64,000 bases of DNA. Origin: Azolla caroliniana. Lineage: Eukaryota; Plantae; Polypodiophyta. The translations under genes and the position numbers were made by a program. The DNA lies in contig JBHGNT010000011.1 of the NCBI GenBank assembly GCA_043228905.1, positions 6,572,001-6,636,000 on the forward strand, written 5' to 3'. The notes beneath the pieces were generated by a model. That model saw only the letters and a program-made list of their open reading frames with translations, did no database searches and was not told the origin of the DNA. Positions 10,180 to 22,526 of the stretch are shown piece by piece; the stretch's first letter is position 1, and each line of letters starts with the position of its first letter.

Positions 10180-13100
10180 TCACTTCGGCATGGGATGTCT
10201 CTCCAACCCGATCCTCTTCCGGCATGCTTCCAGCTTGTCGGGTGTGAGCACTTTGGTCAGCATATCCGACCCGTTCTCGTCCGTGTGGATCTTCGTCAGC
10301 ACGAACTCCTTGTCTTCTATCCTTTCCCGGATCCAGTGGTATCTTCGCTGGATGTGCTTCGTCCGGGAGTGATAGGCCGCGTTCTTCGCAAGGTGGATGG
10401 CACTCTGACTGTCGCTGTAGAGTCGGTACTCCTCCTGCCGGATACCGAGCTCTCTAATGAAGTCCTTCATCCATATCATTTCCTTGCCGGCTTCAACAGC
10501 CGCCATGTACTCCGCCTCCGTGGTTGACAACGCAACCGTCTTCTGCAGCCTCGACTGCCATGAAACAGCTCCCCCTGCATACGTCATCACATACCCTGAT
10601 GTGGACCGGCTGGTATCTGCATCAGCCGACATATCCGAATCGGTGAAACCGTCGAGTTCGGGTTTACCGGAGCCGAATCGGAGGCACACATTTGCCGTGC
10701 CCTTCAGGTATCGGAGTATCCACTTGACCGCGTTCCAGTGCTCCTTGCCGGGATTGCTCATGTACCGGCTCACCACTCCGACTGCGTATCCTATGTCCGG
10801 TCTTGTACACACCATTGCGTACATCAAGCTTCCGACGGCAGAGGCATATGGTACTTTCATCATGTCCTCTTTCTCAGTCTTTGTCTTGGGGCCTTGCTTG
10901 CTGGACAACTTGCAGTTTGCCGGGAGGGTTGATCCGACCGGTCTTGCTTCCGACATGTTGAACCGGTGAAGCACCTTCATCACGTACTTTTCTTGTGACA
11001 GCCACAACTGCTTCTTCTTCCGGTCCCGGATGATGTGCATCCCTAGTATTTGCCTCGCCGGACCCAGGTCCTTCATTGAGAAGGTTTGGTGAAGAGCCTT
11101 CTTCAGCATCCGTATCTTGACCTGGTCCCGTCCGACGATCAACATGTCGTCCACGTACAGGAGGAGTATTAGAGAGTCTCCTCCTTCGAACTTCTTCACA
11201 AACACGCAGTGATCGGACTGCGTTTTGAGGTACCCTTCGTCGGTCATGAAGGAGTCGAACTTCCGGTACCATTGCCGGGGAGCCTGCTTCAGTCCGTAAA
11301 GGCTCTTCTTCAACCGGCATACCAGGTGCTCCTTCCCTTTCTTCTCGAATGCTTCCGGTTGCTGCATGTAGATCTCTTCTTCGAGGTCACCGTGAAGGAA
11401 TGCCGTCTTCACGTCCATCTGTTCTACCTCGAGGTCCATGCTTGCCGCTATGCTCAGCACCGTTCGGATGGAGGTCATCTTCACTACCGGGGCAAATATC
11501 TCGTCGAAGTCGACGCCCTTCTTCTGCTGAAACCCCTTCACCACGATCCTGGCTTTGTATCTCGGGGGGTTTCCGGCATCTCCCGGTTTCAGCTTGAACA
11601 CCCACTTGTTTCGAAGTGCCCGCTTTCCTTTTGGCAACTCCACAAGTTCATATGTGTGGTTCTCATGCAGGGAATCCATCTCGTCCTGCATGGCACTCAA
11701 CCACCTGCGGCTCTGGGTGTCATGTTTTGCTTCTTCAAAGCTCTCCGGCTCCCCCTCGTCGGTTAGCAGCACGTGCTCTGTTTCCGGAAATCTCCGGGGG
11801 GCCCTTCTCTCTCTTAGAGGATATCTCCGTTCCGGAGCTTCGGTAACCGGTTCTTCCGATTCTTCTTCATCCAAATCCATTTCGGGATCGGGGCCGGTTC
11901 CAGTATCATTTTCGTCTTCTTCGGCCGGTTCGGTTTCTTCACCGTCTTCGGCCGGATCCTCGAGTGCTAACCGGTCCCTTGCCGGTCGGGACTGCTCCTC
12001 GTAGAGTTTATCCTCACCGGTCGACTTGGAGCTCTTCATCTCCTTCTCCGACTCCCAGTCGGCGAGTGTCTTGTCCTCCATGAAGATGATATCTCGACTC
12101 CTGAACATCTTCTTGTCGACCGGGTCCCATACTCGGTAGCCGAACTCGTCGTCGCCGTAACCGAGGAATATGCATGGCCGGGTCTTTGGATCTAACTTTC
12201 CTCTCCGGTCCTTTGCCACATGTACGTATACGAGACACCCGAACACCTTCAGATGCCGGTAGGACACTTCCTTACCGGTCCACACTTTCTGCGGCGTGTC
12301 TCCGTCCAAAGGTACTGAGGGTGATCTATTTATCACATACGTCGCCGTCGACATTGCCTCAGCCCAAAATCCCTTGGGTAATTTCGCATGCGCCAGCATA
12401 CTCCGGACCCTCTCCATTATGGTCCGGTTCATCCTCTCGGCCAGCCCGTTCAGTTCCGGCGTCTTCGGCACAGTAAACTCGAGCCGGATTCCCTTCGAGC
12501 GACAGTACTCCTGGAACTGCCCCCGGTATTCGCCTCCGTTATCCGCTCGAATCGCTTTCAGCTTCTTGCCGGATTCCCTTTCCACTCTTGCGTGGAGTTC
12601 TTTGAAGACGGACAACACTTGGTCCTTTGTCTTCAACGGCGCCGTCCACAGCTTCCGGCTGTGATCATCAATGAATGTTACAAAGTACTGGGCTCCGCCA
12701 TGTGACTTCGTTTCTACCTGGCACACATCAGTGTGTACCAACTCCAATGGTACACTACATCTCATCGGTGGCCTTGAGTGGAAGGAGGTCCGGTTTTGCT
12801 TACCGGCCAGGCAGTCGGTGCACTTTTCCAGGTGCACGTGCTTCACTGGAATAAGGTTGTCTTCTGCAAGCCTCTTCATCCCCTTCTCACTCATGTGGCA
12901 CAGTCTCTTGTGCCACAGCTCACCGGCAGTGTCGGCTGCCACGTTCAACTCTTCCGGACACAACCGGGCATTCATCAGGTACAGTGTGTTGTCTTTCCGG
13001 GCCCGAGCCACTATCAGGCTCCCCTTGCTGAACTTCATCACGCCGTTCCGGATGCTACCTGTGTAGCCTTCATCGTCTAGCCTCCCGGCCGAAATCAGGT

Positions 13101-14253
13101 TCAATCGAACCTCCGGAACGTGTCGGACATCCTTCAGCAGCATTTTGCATCCGGTCGGAGTTGTCAACCACACGTCTCCTATGCCGGCAATCCGGCACGT
13201 ACCTTCATTTCCCATCCGGACACAGCCATGCTCACCGGCTGTGTAGGATGAGAAGTATTTCTTCTCCGGGGTCAGGTGGAACGACGCTCCGGAATCGACC
13301 ACCCAGGTCATCTCTTCACCGGCAAGGTTTAGCTCCGTCTCTTCGGTAATGAGCATTATCTCTTCTTCACTTGCCGCGAGTGCCGTCGTTCCTTTCCGGT
13401 CCTGCCCTCGCCGATCCGGACCTCTCCGGTCCGTGGCTCCCCGGTATGCACCGTTTCTCTCCGGTGACTTCTTCGAATCGGTGTCGTCGGCTCCGTTGTC
13501 CTTTCGGTAATGCCGACAATTCTTCCGGAAGTGCCCCGGCTTCCCACAGTGGAAGCATGTGGGTCTTCCTCTTGACTGCGACCGGGTCCCCGACTTCTCC
13601 CGTCTTTGCGGACTCCGGTTCCATTGTCTTCCCCGTTCCGATTCGGTAAGCAGCATCTTCGGATCGGAAACCGGTTCTTTATCTCTCCGACGCGCCTCTT
13701 CATTCAAAATACTTGTCTTTACCGTTTGTAGGGACAAGTTATCTTCGGTGCAGGAGGTGCTGAGAGTCACCACCAAGTTCTCCCAGCTGTCCGGCAATGT
13801 ACACATCAGGATGATGGCTTGCATTGCATCCTCCAACGGGAACTTGATCGCCGCAAGCTGGTTCACGAATCCCATGAATGTGCTTACGTGTTCCACCATA
13901 CTCTCGCCGTCCCGGTACTTGAGGTTCACTATCTTTCTCATCAGGGAGGTCCGGTTCAACGCATTCTTCCTCTCGTAGAGGCCCGACAGCTTCCTCCACA
14001 TCTCATATGCGTTGGTGTCGTTCGCCACGTGTTGTAGAACGCTCACGTCGACGTATTGCCGAATGGTTGCAACGGCTTTCCGGTTCAGAAGCCTCCACTC
14101 CGTCTCAAGTACCCCCTTGGGTATTTCCGACCTGTCGATCGGTTCATACAGGTCCCGAACAATGAGCAGATCCTCCATCTTTATCTTCCAGTCGGCGTAG
14201 TTCTGCGCATTCAGCACCATCATCCCCGGCTGCCCGCTGCTGCCGCCTTCCAT
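10180..14253 (-). CDS. Copia gag-pol polyprotein of E, 1357 aa
   Basis: Uninterrupted from the ATG after the PBS; CFHCGKPGHFRKNC, VDSGAS, integrase, YVDD, RNase H. Confidence 0.96.
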   Translation of the reverse strand: MEGGSSGQPGMMVLNAQNYADWKIKMEDLLIVRDLYEPIDRSEIPKGVLETEWRLLNRKAVATIRQYVDVSVLQHVANDTNAYEMWRKLSGLYERKNALNRTSLMRKIVNLKYRDGESMVEHVSTFMGFVNQLAAIKFPLEDAMQAIILMCTLPDSWENLVVTLSTSCTEDNLSLQTVKTSILNEEARRRDKEPVSDPKMLLTESERGRQWNRSPQRREKSGTRSQSRGRPTCFHCGKPGHFRKNCRHYRKDNGADDTDSKKSPERNGAYRGATDRRGPDRRGQDRKGTTALAASEEEIMLITEETELNLAGEEMTWVVDSGASFHLTPEKKYFSSYTAGEHGCVRMGNEGTCRIAGIGDVWLTTPTGCKMLLKDVRHVPEVRLNLISAGRLDDEGYTGSIRNGVMKFSKGSLIVARARKDNTLYLMNARLCPEELNVAADTAGELWHKRLCHMSEKGMKRLAEDNLIPVKHVHLEKCTDCLAGKQNRTSFHSRPPMRCSVPLELVHTDVCQVETKSHGGAQYFVTFIDDHSRKLWTAPLKTKDQVLSVFKELHARVERESGKKLKAIRADNGGEYRGQFQEYCRSKGIRLEFTVPKTPELNGLAERMNRTIMERVRSMLAHAKLPKGFWAEAMSTATYVINRSPSVPLDGDTPQKVWTGKEVSYRHLKVFGCLVYVHVAKDRRGKLDPKTRPCIFLGYGDDEFGYRVWDPVDKKMFRSRDIIFMEDKTLADWESEKEMKSSKSTGEDKLYEEQSRPARDRLALEDPAEDGEETEPAEEDENDTGTGPDPEMDLDEEESEEPVTEAPERRYPLRERRAPRRFPETEHVLLTDEGEPESFEEAKHDTQSRRWLSAMQDEMDSLHENHTYELVELPKGKRALRNKWVFKLKPGDAGNPPRYKARIVVKGFQQKKGVDFDEIFAPVVKMTSIRTVLSIAASMDLEVEQMDVKTAFLHGDLEEEIYMQQPEAFEKKGKEHLVCRLKKSLYGLKQAPRQWYRKFDSFMTDEGYLKTQSDHCVFVKKFEGGDSLILLLYVDDMLIVGRDQVKIRMLKKALHQTFSMKDLGPARQILGMHIIRDRKKKQLWLSQEKYVMKVLHRFNMSEARPVGSTLPANCKLSSKQGPKTKTEKEDMMKVPYASAVGSLMYAMVCTRPDIGYAVGVVSRYMSNPGKEHWNAVKWILRYLKGTANVCLRFGSGKPELDGFTDSDMSADADTSRSTSGYVMTYAGGAVSWQSRLQKTVALSTTEAEYMAAVEAGKEMIWMKDFIRELGIRQEEYRLYSDSQSAIHLAKNAAYHSRTKHIQRRYHWIRERIEDKEFVLTKIHTDENGSDMLTKVLTPDKLEACRKRIGLERHPMPK

Positions 14254-15766
14254 TTTCTGTGTTACCGTTGCTCTGATACCACTTTGTTGCAAACGGTGCT
14301 CGGCCACAACCGAGGAATAGGATCAACTCTCAGAAAATAGGAATTACAAAGTACACGAAGACTATAGAGAGAAGAGTACACAGGATATTTTACGTGGAAA
14401 ACCCTAAATGGGAAAAACCACGGGAGTCCTCAAACTCCAACTATCACTATGAACAGGAATGTACAATGGTGAAGCTTCAAGGCAACGACCTTGAGCTCAC
14501 TGTCTTCGCCACAGGCGGCGGCAATATTCAGAGGCAACGACCTCTTCGTCTCTCTCTTACTCTCGCGGCTGCTCTCTTCACTCTCTCTAAGTGAAAACAG
14601 AAAAAATAAGCAACAACAACTTTGACTGTTTGCCCTAAGTCATATTTATACACATATGACTTTTCGGGATATTTACAAATATAGCCTCAAGGGCCCTTGG
14701 CAAACATATTCACAAATATGTCCCCGCATCCGGATCTCGCTCCGGGTACATTCATCATCCGGCTCCGTAGCCGGGTCTTCTCTTTGTCATCCGGCTCCGT
14801 AGCCGAGGTCTTCGTCATCCGGCTCCGTAGCCGGGGTCTTCGTCATCCGGCTCCGTAGCCGGGGTCTTCATCCGGCTTCATGCCGGGTACCCTTCATCCT
14901 CCGGTTCCGTAACAGCCTCCGGACTTGCCGTCATTCATCCCCAGACATCCCATCCGGAGGGACCGAAATCCCAACAAAACGTTGGAGCAATATCTCCGGT
15001 GTTTCCTGAGTTATCAACAGGACGATTGGGCTGAGATTCTCCACTTTGCGGAGTTTGCGTATAATAATGCTATTCACTCCTCGACTCGGGTCTCCCCATT
15101 TCTCGCTTATACCGGTTTCCATCCTCGCTGGTCGGTGATCGACACTCCGGAGCTACCTACCAACCCTCGTGCCGAGGACCATTTGGAGAGGCTACGCAAG
15201 ATCCAGATGGATCTCTCTACTCACCTTCGTCATGCTCAACACACACAGAAGACTTATGCGGATCGTCATCGGATTCCCTCCTCTTTTTCCATCGGAGATC
15301 GAGTATGGCTCTTACGTCGTCACATCAAGACTACTCGACCGTGCGACAAGTTGGATTATCGACGACTCGGTCCTTTCCGTATTACGGGGAAGATTAATGA
15401 TATCACCTTCCGCCTGGATCTCCCTCCGCAGCTTCAGATACATCCGGTTTTCCATTGTTCTCTTCTTGAACCTTATAAAGCAAACACCATTCCTGATCGT
15501 GTGACACCACCGCCGCCCCCGCTGGAGTTGGACGTCGGCCCGGAGTATGAAGTTGCTGCCATCCTCGATTCCAAACTTATTCGCAACAAACTTTATTACT
15601 TGGTCGATTGGCTCGGTTATAGTCCGAGCGAACGTACTTGGGAACCCGTCGAGAATGTTGCCAATGCACAAGATCTTCTTGCTGATTTCCACCGAAAGTA
15701 TCCGGACAAACCCGGTCCGCAATTAGCGCCGACTCGTTCCACTCGTCGTCTTTAAGGGGGAGATAG

Positions 15767-16205
15767 TGTCATGGCAAGACTCGAACCCATGACTTTATGC
15801 TACATGGGTCGAGCTCTTACCATTAGATTATGAATTGTATTTTGTAGGATATTATTTTCATTTATACTTTATCATAGAAAATTGATGTATATTCCAGATC
15901 TCTCTGGAACATTCTAGAAGCTTCAGGATTATTCCTAAAAACACTATAAAAGGAGGCACAAGGCATTGTTTTGAACCAAATTGGTTCAACGCCAGTCTTA
16001 AGCCTCTTAGCCGCTTGTACTTATCTTTTCACATAATATATAGCTGCTGTCATCATCTCTTTCTCTCTCTCATTCTCGCTATCTCTCTCTCCCTCCTCTT
16101 CTCACTTCCTCTCTCGGGAATCTTACGCAGTCCCGTCCTCTTAGTACTAATAGTACTACTGTTCTTAGTACTAATTCCATCTCTGTTTTAGTACTATTCC
16201 TGACA
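15767..16205 (+). repeat. 3' LTR of B
   Basis: Preceded by PPT AAGGGGGAGATAG. Confidence 0.96.
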
Positions 16206-19200
16206 GCTGTATGCTCCAATATTTGGCGGACCTGGCTACACCTCTGCATGTGGCAGTATATCAAACACCGTTCCAATGGACCGACATCGAAGACAAGGCG
16301 TACCAGACACTAAAGGTGTTATTGTCACAAGCACCGGTGGTGCAGCCTCCGGATTGGAGTAAAGAGTTTCATGTGTTCGTGGACGCCTCCGACATCGCAA
16401 TCGGCAGCGCGCTCATGCAGCTTACGGAGCCAAGGTGGTACCGGCCAGTGTACTATGCCAGTTGGAAGCTATCCCAAGCGGAACGAAATTATTCTACCAT
16501 GGAGAGGGAAGCTTTAGGAATGATCTATAGTGTAACAAAATTCAGGCATTATTTATTGGGAAGAAAGTTCTCCTTCCATGTAGATCATTCGGCACTCCTC
16601 TACCTAGTATCCAAAGCATCACTTACCGGTAAGTTGGCCCGGTGGACTTTGCTGTTGCAAGAGTTTGAATTCAAGATATTCCACCGACCCGACATACAAC
16701 ATGTGGTAGCAGATTATCTAAGCCGGTTAGATTCTGGGGAGACGGGTGACGGAGTACCGGACAAGTTTCCGGATGCTGAGCTTTTTCGAGTCACCACGCA
16801 AACGGCAACACATGAAACGGTGGCACAAGAAGATAAGTGGCTAACTAATATGCACTAGTTTTTGAGCATCGGATTGCCTCCGGAGGAGATGAACCGGGAT
16901 GAGAGAAAACGCCTAGCAGTACAAAGCCGGCACTTCTGTTTATTACAGGACACGCTATACCACAAAGGTGCGGACGGTATATGGTGACGAGCCATGCGCA
17001 GTGACGAGAAGGAGCTAATACTACGGGAAGCACACTGCGGAGTCGCCGGATGCCATTATGCCGGAGATGCGACGGCAAGGAAAATATGGCAAAGTGGCCT
17101 ATGGTGGCCGACTACATTGAAAGACGCAGTCCGGTACGCGAAAGAGTGTGATCTATGCCAGCGAATGGGCCAACCAACAGAACAAGCTAGGATGCCACAC
17201 CAGCCGGTCCTACCACTAGAACCATTCCAGAAATGGGGGCTGGATTTTTTCGGGCCATTTAAACCACTGGCAATGAGAATCGGTAACCGGTACGTGATCG
17301 TCGCGACGGATTACTGCACTAAGTGGGTGGAAGCGAAAGCCCTACGAGACAACACTACGGCGTCAACGGCGAAATTCTTATACGAATGCATTTGGTGCCG
17401 GTACGGATGCCCCATAGAGCTGATAAGAGACCAAGGAGGGCACTTTCTTGGACAAGTGGTAGAAAGTTTCACGACGTTTTATGCAGTAGTACATAAACGG
17501 AGTACACCGTACTATCCGCAAGCGAACGGGTTAGCTGAGTCGACAAACAAAACGCTCCAGAATATCCTCCGGAAAATCGTCAACGAAAACCGGACGGATT
17601 GGGATACGAAGCTGCATAGTGCGCTCTGGGCCTACCGGACAACGTACAAAACAAGCATCCGAACAACACCGTTTCGGTTGCATTCGGATTATAGGCAGTC
17701 ATGCCGGTTGAGTTCCAGGTACCAAGCTTACGGATTCAGATTCGGGAACGACTGAACGAAAAGGAATCGGAGGCAATTCGGTTAAAGGCTCTGTGTGAAC
17801 TAGAAGAACACCGACTGGCGAGCATCATGCACCTGGAATTGGAACAACGGCGATGGAAGGCGTTTTTAGATCGGCACCGGAAGGGAAACGAAAAGCTGTT
17901 CGACGGTACTCGTGTTCCAGACCCGGATAGGCCAAATGCCAAGTAAACTACGGTTTAGATGGACCGGACCGTACTGGATCACACGCGGGTTCAATGGGTC
18001 CTACCAGTTAGGGACACTTGCCGGAGAAGTGCTCGGCAAATGGGTCAACGGATTTAGACTAAAGCCATACAAAGGACCTATGCCAAAGAACCCATTTGAA
18101 CAAAGGGCCGACATAGAATCGGACGCCAGCAGACCAACCACAACGGCAACATGGGAGGAAAACGGCGACCACCAAGCCGGTATGGAGGAGCACGAGCCGG
18201 CAACCGAGGAAAGCAAAACGACGGCAAACCGTCAAGAGGCCGGCAAGGTGTGCATTTCGGGTAAGGGTCCGACAAGACCGGAGAAAAATTAAGCACACAA
18301 TCTACTTTACAAAAAAAAATAAAAAATAAAAAATAAAAATCAAATAAAGGAGCGAATCAAATAAATCATGGAAAGGAGTGGTGGAAACGGCCATGCAAAC
18401 GAGGAGTAAAGAGGCACGTCGAAAAGATACGAGGGGCTATGAATAGGACATTAAACCACCGCCACATGGCACGCAATGCTATTATAGTACACGACCTGCA
18501 CATGCGGAGGCTCGAAAAAGGCGCCAAGATGCAGAGAGAAAAACCCCCACGCATCAAGACCTTGTCCTATCGCGAACCAAGGAGAACAGACGCAGACAGA
18601 CGCGTGAAGATTAATCGCAGAGAGCTCGCACACAGAGAACCCCCTCCCTCAGAACTTTCTCTCTCACACTCTCCCCACCACCAAACCTCGCCAACGCTCT
18701 CCGACCTCGATGCAGAGATGGACTGCCAAACGTTGTCTGAAGCCGCCAAGAAATGGCTACGACAACATGGACTGGAGGGTTTCCTAACGATCATGGAGGC
18801 GGCACCACACAAGGAGGCCGAAAAGATCATCAAAGAAATCGACACAGAGGTGATCACGGAGGAGGCGATCCGTGCGTTAATAGGCCTTCCGGAGGGAGGC
18901 ATATACACGATCGACAATCCTACCTCTGATCAACTCATCAAATATTTCGGTGAGTACTCTCTAGCCAGCAAGGGCTACAGGACACGGGGTGGCGAAGATA
19001 TGCTATTCCGCGAAATTGCCCGTGTGCTCCATGAGTTCGGCCACGTGTACCCTCGACCCCCCGTCATGCCTCAGAACCGAGTAGGCTTGATCATCGCAAC
19101 ATACGAAGGGGTCAAGGTAGATTGGTCGGTGCTGATCGTCGACGGGCTGTGTACGACCATTGATATAGTAAGAGGAAAAGACGACAAGGAAGGTTGGAAA

Positions 19201-21371
19201 ATATGGCATGCGGTGACAGAATGGCTCACCTTGTTGGTGCTACCGGTCGAGCCAGTCCAAACCAAGAAGCGGGGAAGAGCAACGGACGACACCCCGAAAC
19301 CTGCTTCGAAATGGAAACAGTTGTTGGCCTCCAAGGCCACTAAGGGGAAGACGGCCGGCGCAAAGAAGGCGACAAAGGAGCGCCAGCCGGAAGCGGCCGA
19401 CGGATGCAAGTGAGGAGACACTGGCACGGCCCCTGAAGAGCCCAGTTCACCGACCGGTGCAACAGGAAATGGACACCTTGGCGGCAAGAATGAATGTTGG
19501 GACTCAGGCGGAGGAAATGGAGGAAGAACCCACGGAGCACCTCCAGCGGCGGCCGGGAAGAGTACCGCTGAATCAGCCGGGAAGCGTTCGGACCACAGAA
19601 GGAGGGAATGCCCGCAACTCACGCTGAGCATCCCACGCCAAGGGAGGTACCGGAACCGGTTCGGAGGGAACCGGTCACAAAAGTCCCGTCACAATAAGCA
19701 GCACCGGCAAGCCCCGTAATTCAAGAGCCGGATATACAAAGGCCAACTGTTAGGAACAGTACTAAGACAGAGAAGGAATTAGTACTAAAAGAAGTATTAG
19801 TACTAAGAGAGGTGAAGAACTCTCGAGAGAAGGAAAGAGTGAGTGAGAGGGAGGGAGAGAGAGATCGAGAGAGAGAGAGAGAGTGATGATAAGAAAAGAT
19901 ATATATTATGTGAAGAAAATGTACAGTAGCTAGGAGGCTTAAGACTGGCGTTGAACCGATTTGGTTCGAAATAATGCCTTGTGCCTCCTTTTATAGTGTT
20001 CTAAGGAATACTCTTGAAGTTTCTAGAATGTTCTAGAGAAATCTGGAATATACATCAATTTTCTATAATAAAACATAAATTAAAATAATATTTTATGTAT
20101 TACAATGTATAGTCTAATGGTCAAGAGCTCGACCCATGTAGTATAAGGTCATGGGTTCGAGTCTTGCCATATCATGACACTATCCCCCCTTTGAAACGAC
20201 GAGTGTAACGAGTCGTTTTGGATTGAGGACCCGGTTTGTCTGGATATTGACGATGGAAGTCTTCAAGAAGAGCACGAGCATTGGTGACATTCTCTATCGG
20301 TTCCCAAGTACGCTCGCTGGGACTATATCCTAGATAGTAGAGCTTGTTGTGAACAAGCTTGGAATCAAGGATGGCGACAACCTCGTACTCAGGTCCATCT
20401 TCAAGCTCGATCGGGGGTGGAGGCTGTGTAATATATCCTGGGATGGTGCTTTCTTGATAGGGTTCGAGGAGAGAACTATGAAACACCAGATGTATCCGAA
20501 GTTGTGGAGGTAGATCAAGACGAAAAGCGACATCATTAATCTTTCCGATAATACGGAAAGGATCTAATCGTCGATAATCCAACTTCTCGCATGGGCGAGT
20601 AGTCTTGATGTGTCGTCGGAGTAGTCATACCCGATCTCCAATGTTAAAACTAGATGGGAGTCGATGACGATCTGCATAAACCTTGTGTGTTTGTTGAGCT
20701 TGTTGGAGATGACTAGATAAATCCGCTTGTATCTTGCGTAACCTCTCCAAACGATCCTCTGCGCAAGGATTTGTGGACACTTCTGGGGTTTCAAGTACAC
20801 ACCACCGGGGGTGACATCCCGTATAAGCATAAAATGGCGTAACTTTCGTGGATGCGTGGATAGAGTTGTTATAGGCAAATTCGGTGAAGTGGAGAATATC
20901 TGCCCAGTCATCCTGATGATAGCTGAGAAAGTGTTGTCTGCCTGGCCGGACTAGCCTCAACACAGGTGTCTATCCGACACTTCTCCAAAGGGGTGGTAAG
21001 GATTGGATGCTAGGTTACACACGTAAGATGATTACAATTAAGCACAGACGGTAAACAATACGAAGATACAGATAAACACGCAATAATTACTTTTGTATTA
21101 CTTCCGTCAAACCCTTTACAAATCATCGGATCCTTTTATAGGCATCCGACAAGGTTACTATCGGTGCGCTTAGGCAACCGACATCTGAATCGGTCCGGAT
21201 CCGGATCGGTACAACTGTATCGGATCCGTCCCTCCGAATAATAATTCTACTATTATTTACTTCCTATTATCCGATCCAACTCCGCCTTCCCACTTGTCCT
21301 TGCTCTTCTGACCGGCCAACACATGGCACGCCCGTGGGAAAGTGCCTTGCACTTCGAATCCACTCCCGGCC

Positions 21372-22526
21372 TCATTCTTCCTCCAAAATATCGAGCACAC
21401 TCTGCTCGATGGTGTCAAGTGGTGCTTCTTCCTCCTGTTCCTTGCCTGCCTGGTCTCCGACCTCCGGTTGGGTTGGCTGTTCCATAAAAATTTGCTTCTC
21501 CGGCTCTGCTTGATTCTGTGGTGCCGGTGCTTCCTCACCGCTTCGTCCGGGTTCTTCCTGTTCTCCCTCTGTTCCAGGCTCTGTTCTGTTACCAGTGTCG
21601 CTTTCTCCGGTCTCGACTGGTCGGCTCGATACCCCTCCTTCCTCTGCTATGGTGTCTTCCGGTCTCAGCTCTTCTTCTTCTCCGGCATCGGTCTGCTCCT
21701 GCTCTTCTTCTTCTCCTTCGAACGGAAGTTCTTCTTCGGGTATTCCTCATCGGGGTTGTTCGGTGTCGGTTGGTTCAACTTCAGCCGGTCGCTCTCCCTC
21801 ACTAATAGTGATTGGCGTCGTTCTTCCCTTAGCTTCCTGTCGTAACCGGTCCTGCTCGTATCTCTCCAACTCCAACTAAGTTGCGAGCTGCCCGTCATCC
21901 AACCTCTCTACCAACCCTCGGATTTCTTTGAGATGTTCTTCCGCTAAAGCGTAGAAATCCTCCGACAATTCTTCCCGAATGGCGACGATACTTTCTTCAT
22001 CCATCTTGTAGAACTTGTCACCGGTCTTCCTCCGATTCTCGGCATCCGCTCGGAGTGTCTGCAACTCGGCTGCCTGTTGTGACCACTCCTTCCATAGCTT
22101 TTCCGTACTTTCGTTGATGCTTGCCTGAGCTCGGGTACTCCATCCTGACATGATGAGCTTGATCCGGTCAACCCCCGCCTTAGCATGCGCATAAGCTTCT
22201 TGCTTTTCCTTCCTTGCCCGTTTTATAATGTCGGCCATTATCTGATCCTGGGCCTCGTAATCCGCTTTCTGCTTTTCATAGGTACTTTGCAGTTTGCTGA
22301 TTGTGAAGGTCGATTTTTCCTTTTCTTCATTCCTGATCTTGGTCAGATCCAGCTTTTCCCGCCTTAGCGCCTCTAATTCCTTCCTTCTCTCTGTCGCTTG
22401 GGCTATTTCCGCCGAAATTTCGGTTCCCTTGTCACCTCTCTTCTCTGCGTCGTTCGTATTCCGGGGATTCGTCTCGGTCGTACCGGTCCTGGGGGTAGCT
22501 ATCTCTGCGTCTCTCCTCTCGGTCAT
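21372..22526 (-). pseudogene. C-terminal half of the accessory ORF, C unit 1
   Basis: W.EWSQQAAELQTLRADAENR aligns with A WAKWAQNTTELQLLRADVENR; two in-frame stops; ends EQSVLDILEEE*. Confidence 0.85.

Larger units (their letters stand above)
9478..14976 (-). mobile_element. Element E: intact Ty1/Copia (Tnt1/Tork-like)
   Basis: TSD AAACG at 9473-9477 and 14977-14981; 692-bp LTRs 9478-10169 and 14285-14976 with about 2 differences; PBS-iMet 14270-14281; PPT 10170-10180. Confidence 0.97.
6694..15755 (+). pseudogene. pol: Pol of B (PR-RT-RH-INT-chromodomain) in the -1 frame; stop at 8458-8460; split by E
   Basis: LLDSGA, YLDD, ADASD, HHCC, DDE, GPF, chromodomain EYEV...VDWLGY...TWEP. Confidence 0.95.
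5032..16205 (+). mobile_element. Element B: chromovirus (Tcn1/Tf1-like Gypsy)
   Basis: TSD GCTGT at 5027-5031 and 16206-16210; two 439-bp LTRs with no difference seen; C-terminal chromodomain. Confidence 0.96.
1309..18292 (+). pseudogene. gag-pol of A (one frame with nonsense mutations up to the RT end, frameshifts later; split by B at 5032-16205)
   Basis: Retrotrans gag core, three CCHC knuckles, protease IIDGGS, RT, RNase H VDASD, integrase H..C/CDLC and WGLDF...DQG...E, GPY motif. Confidence 0.93.

Noticed and set aside
10195-14340. Many antisense and alternate-frame ORFs over the Copia and Gypsy coding regions
   Set aside because: These are shadow ORFs of GC- and CCGG-rich sequence with no motifs. 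They recur only because the copies are near-identical.
18439-19413. Accessory ORF as an env gene or captured host gene
   Set aside because: No signal peptide or transmembrane helix and no introns seen. It sits at the same position in four related elements.
21342-21845. Hydrophobic 167-aa plus-strand ORF as a membrane protein
   Set aside because: It is the antisense reading of the Glu-rich accessory tail.
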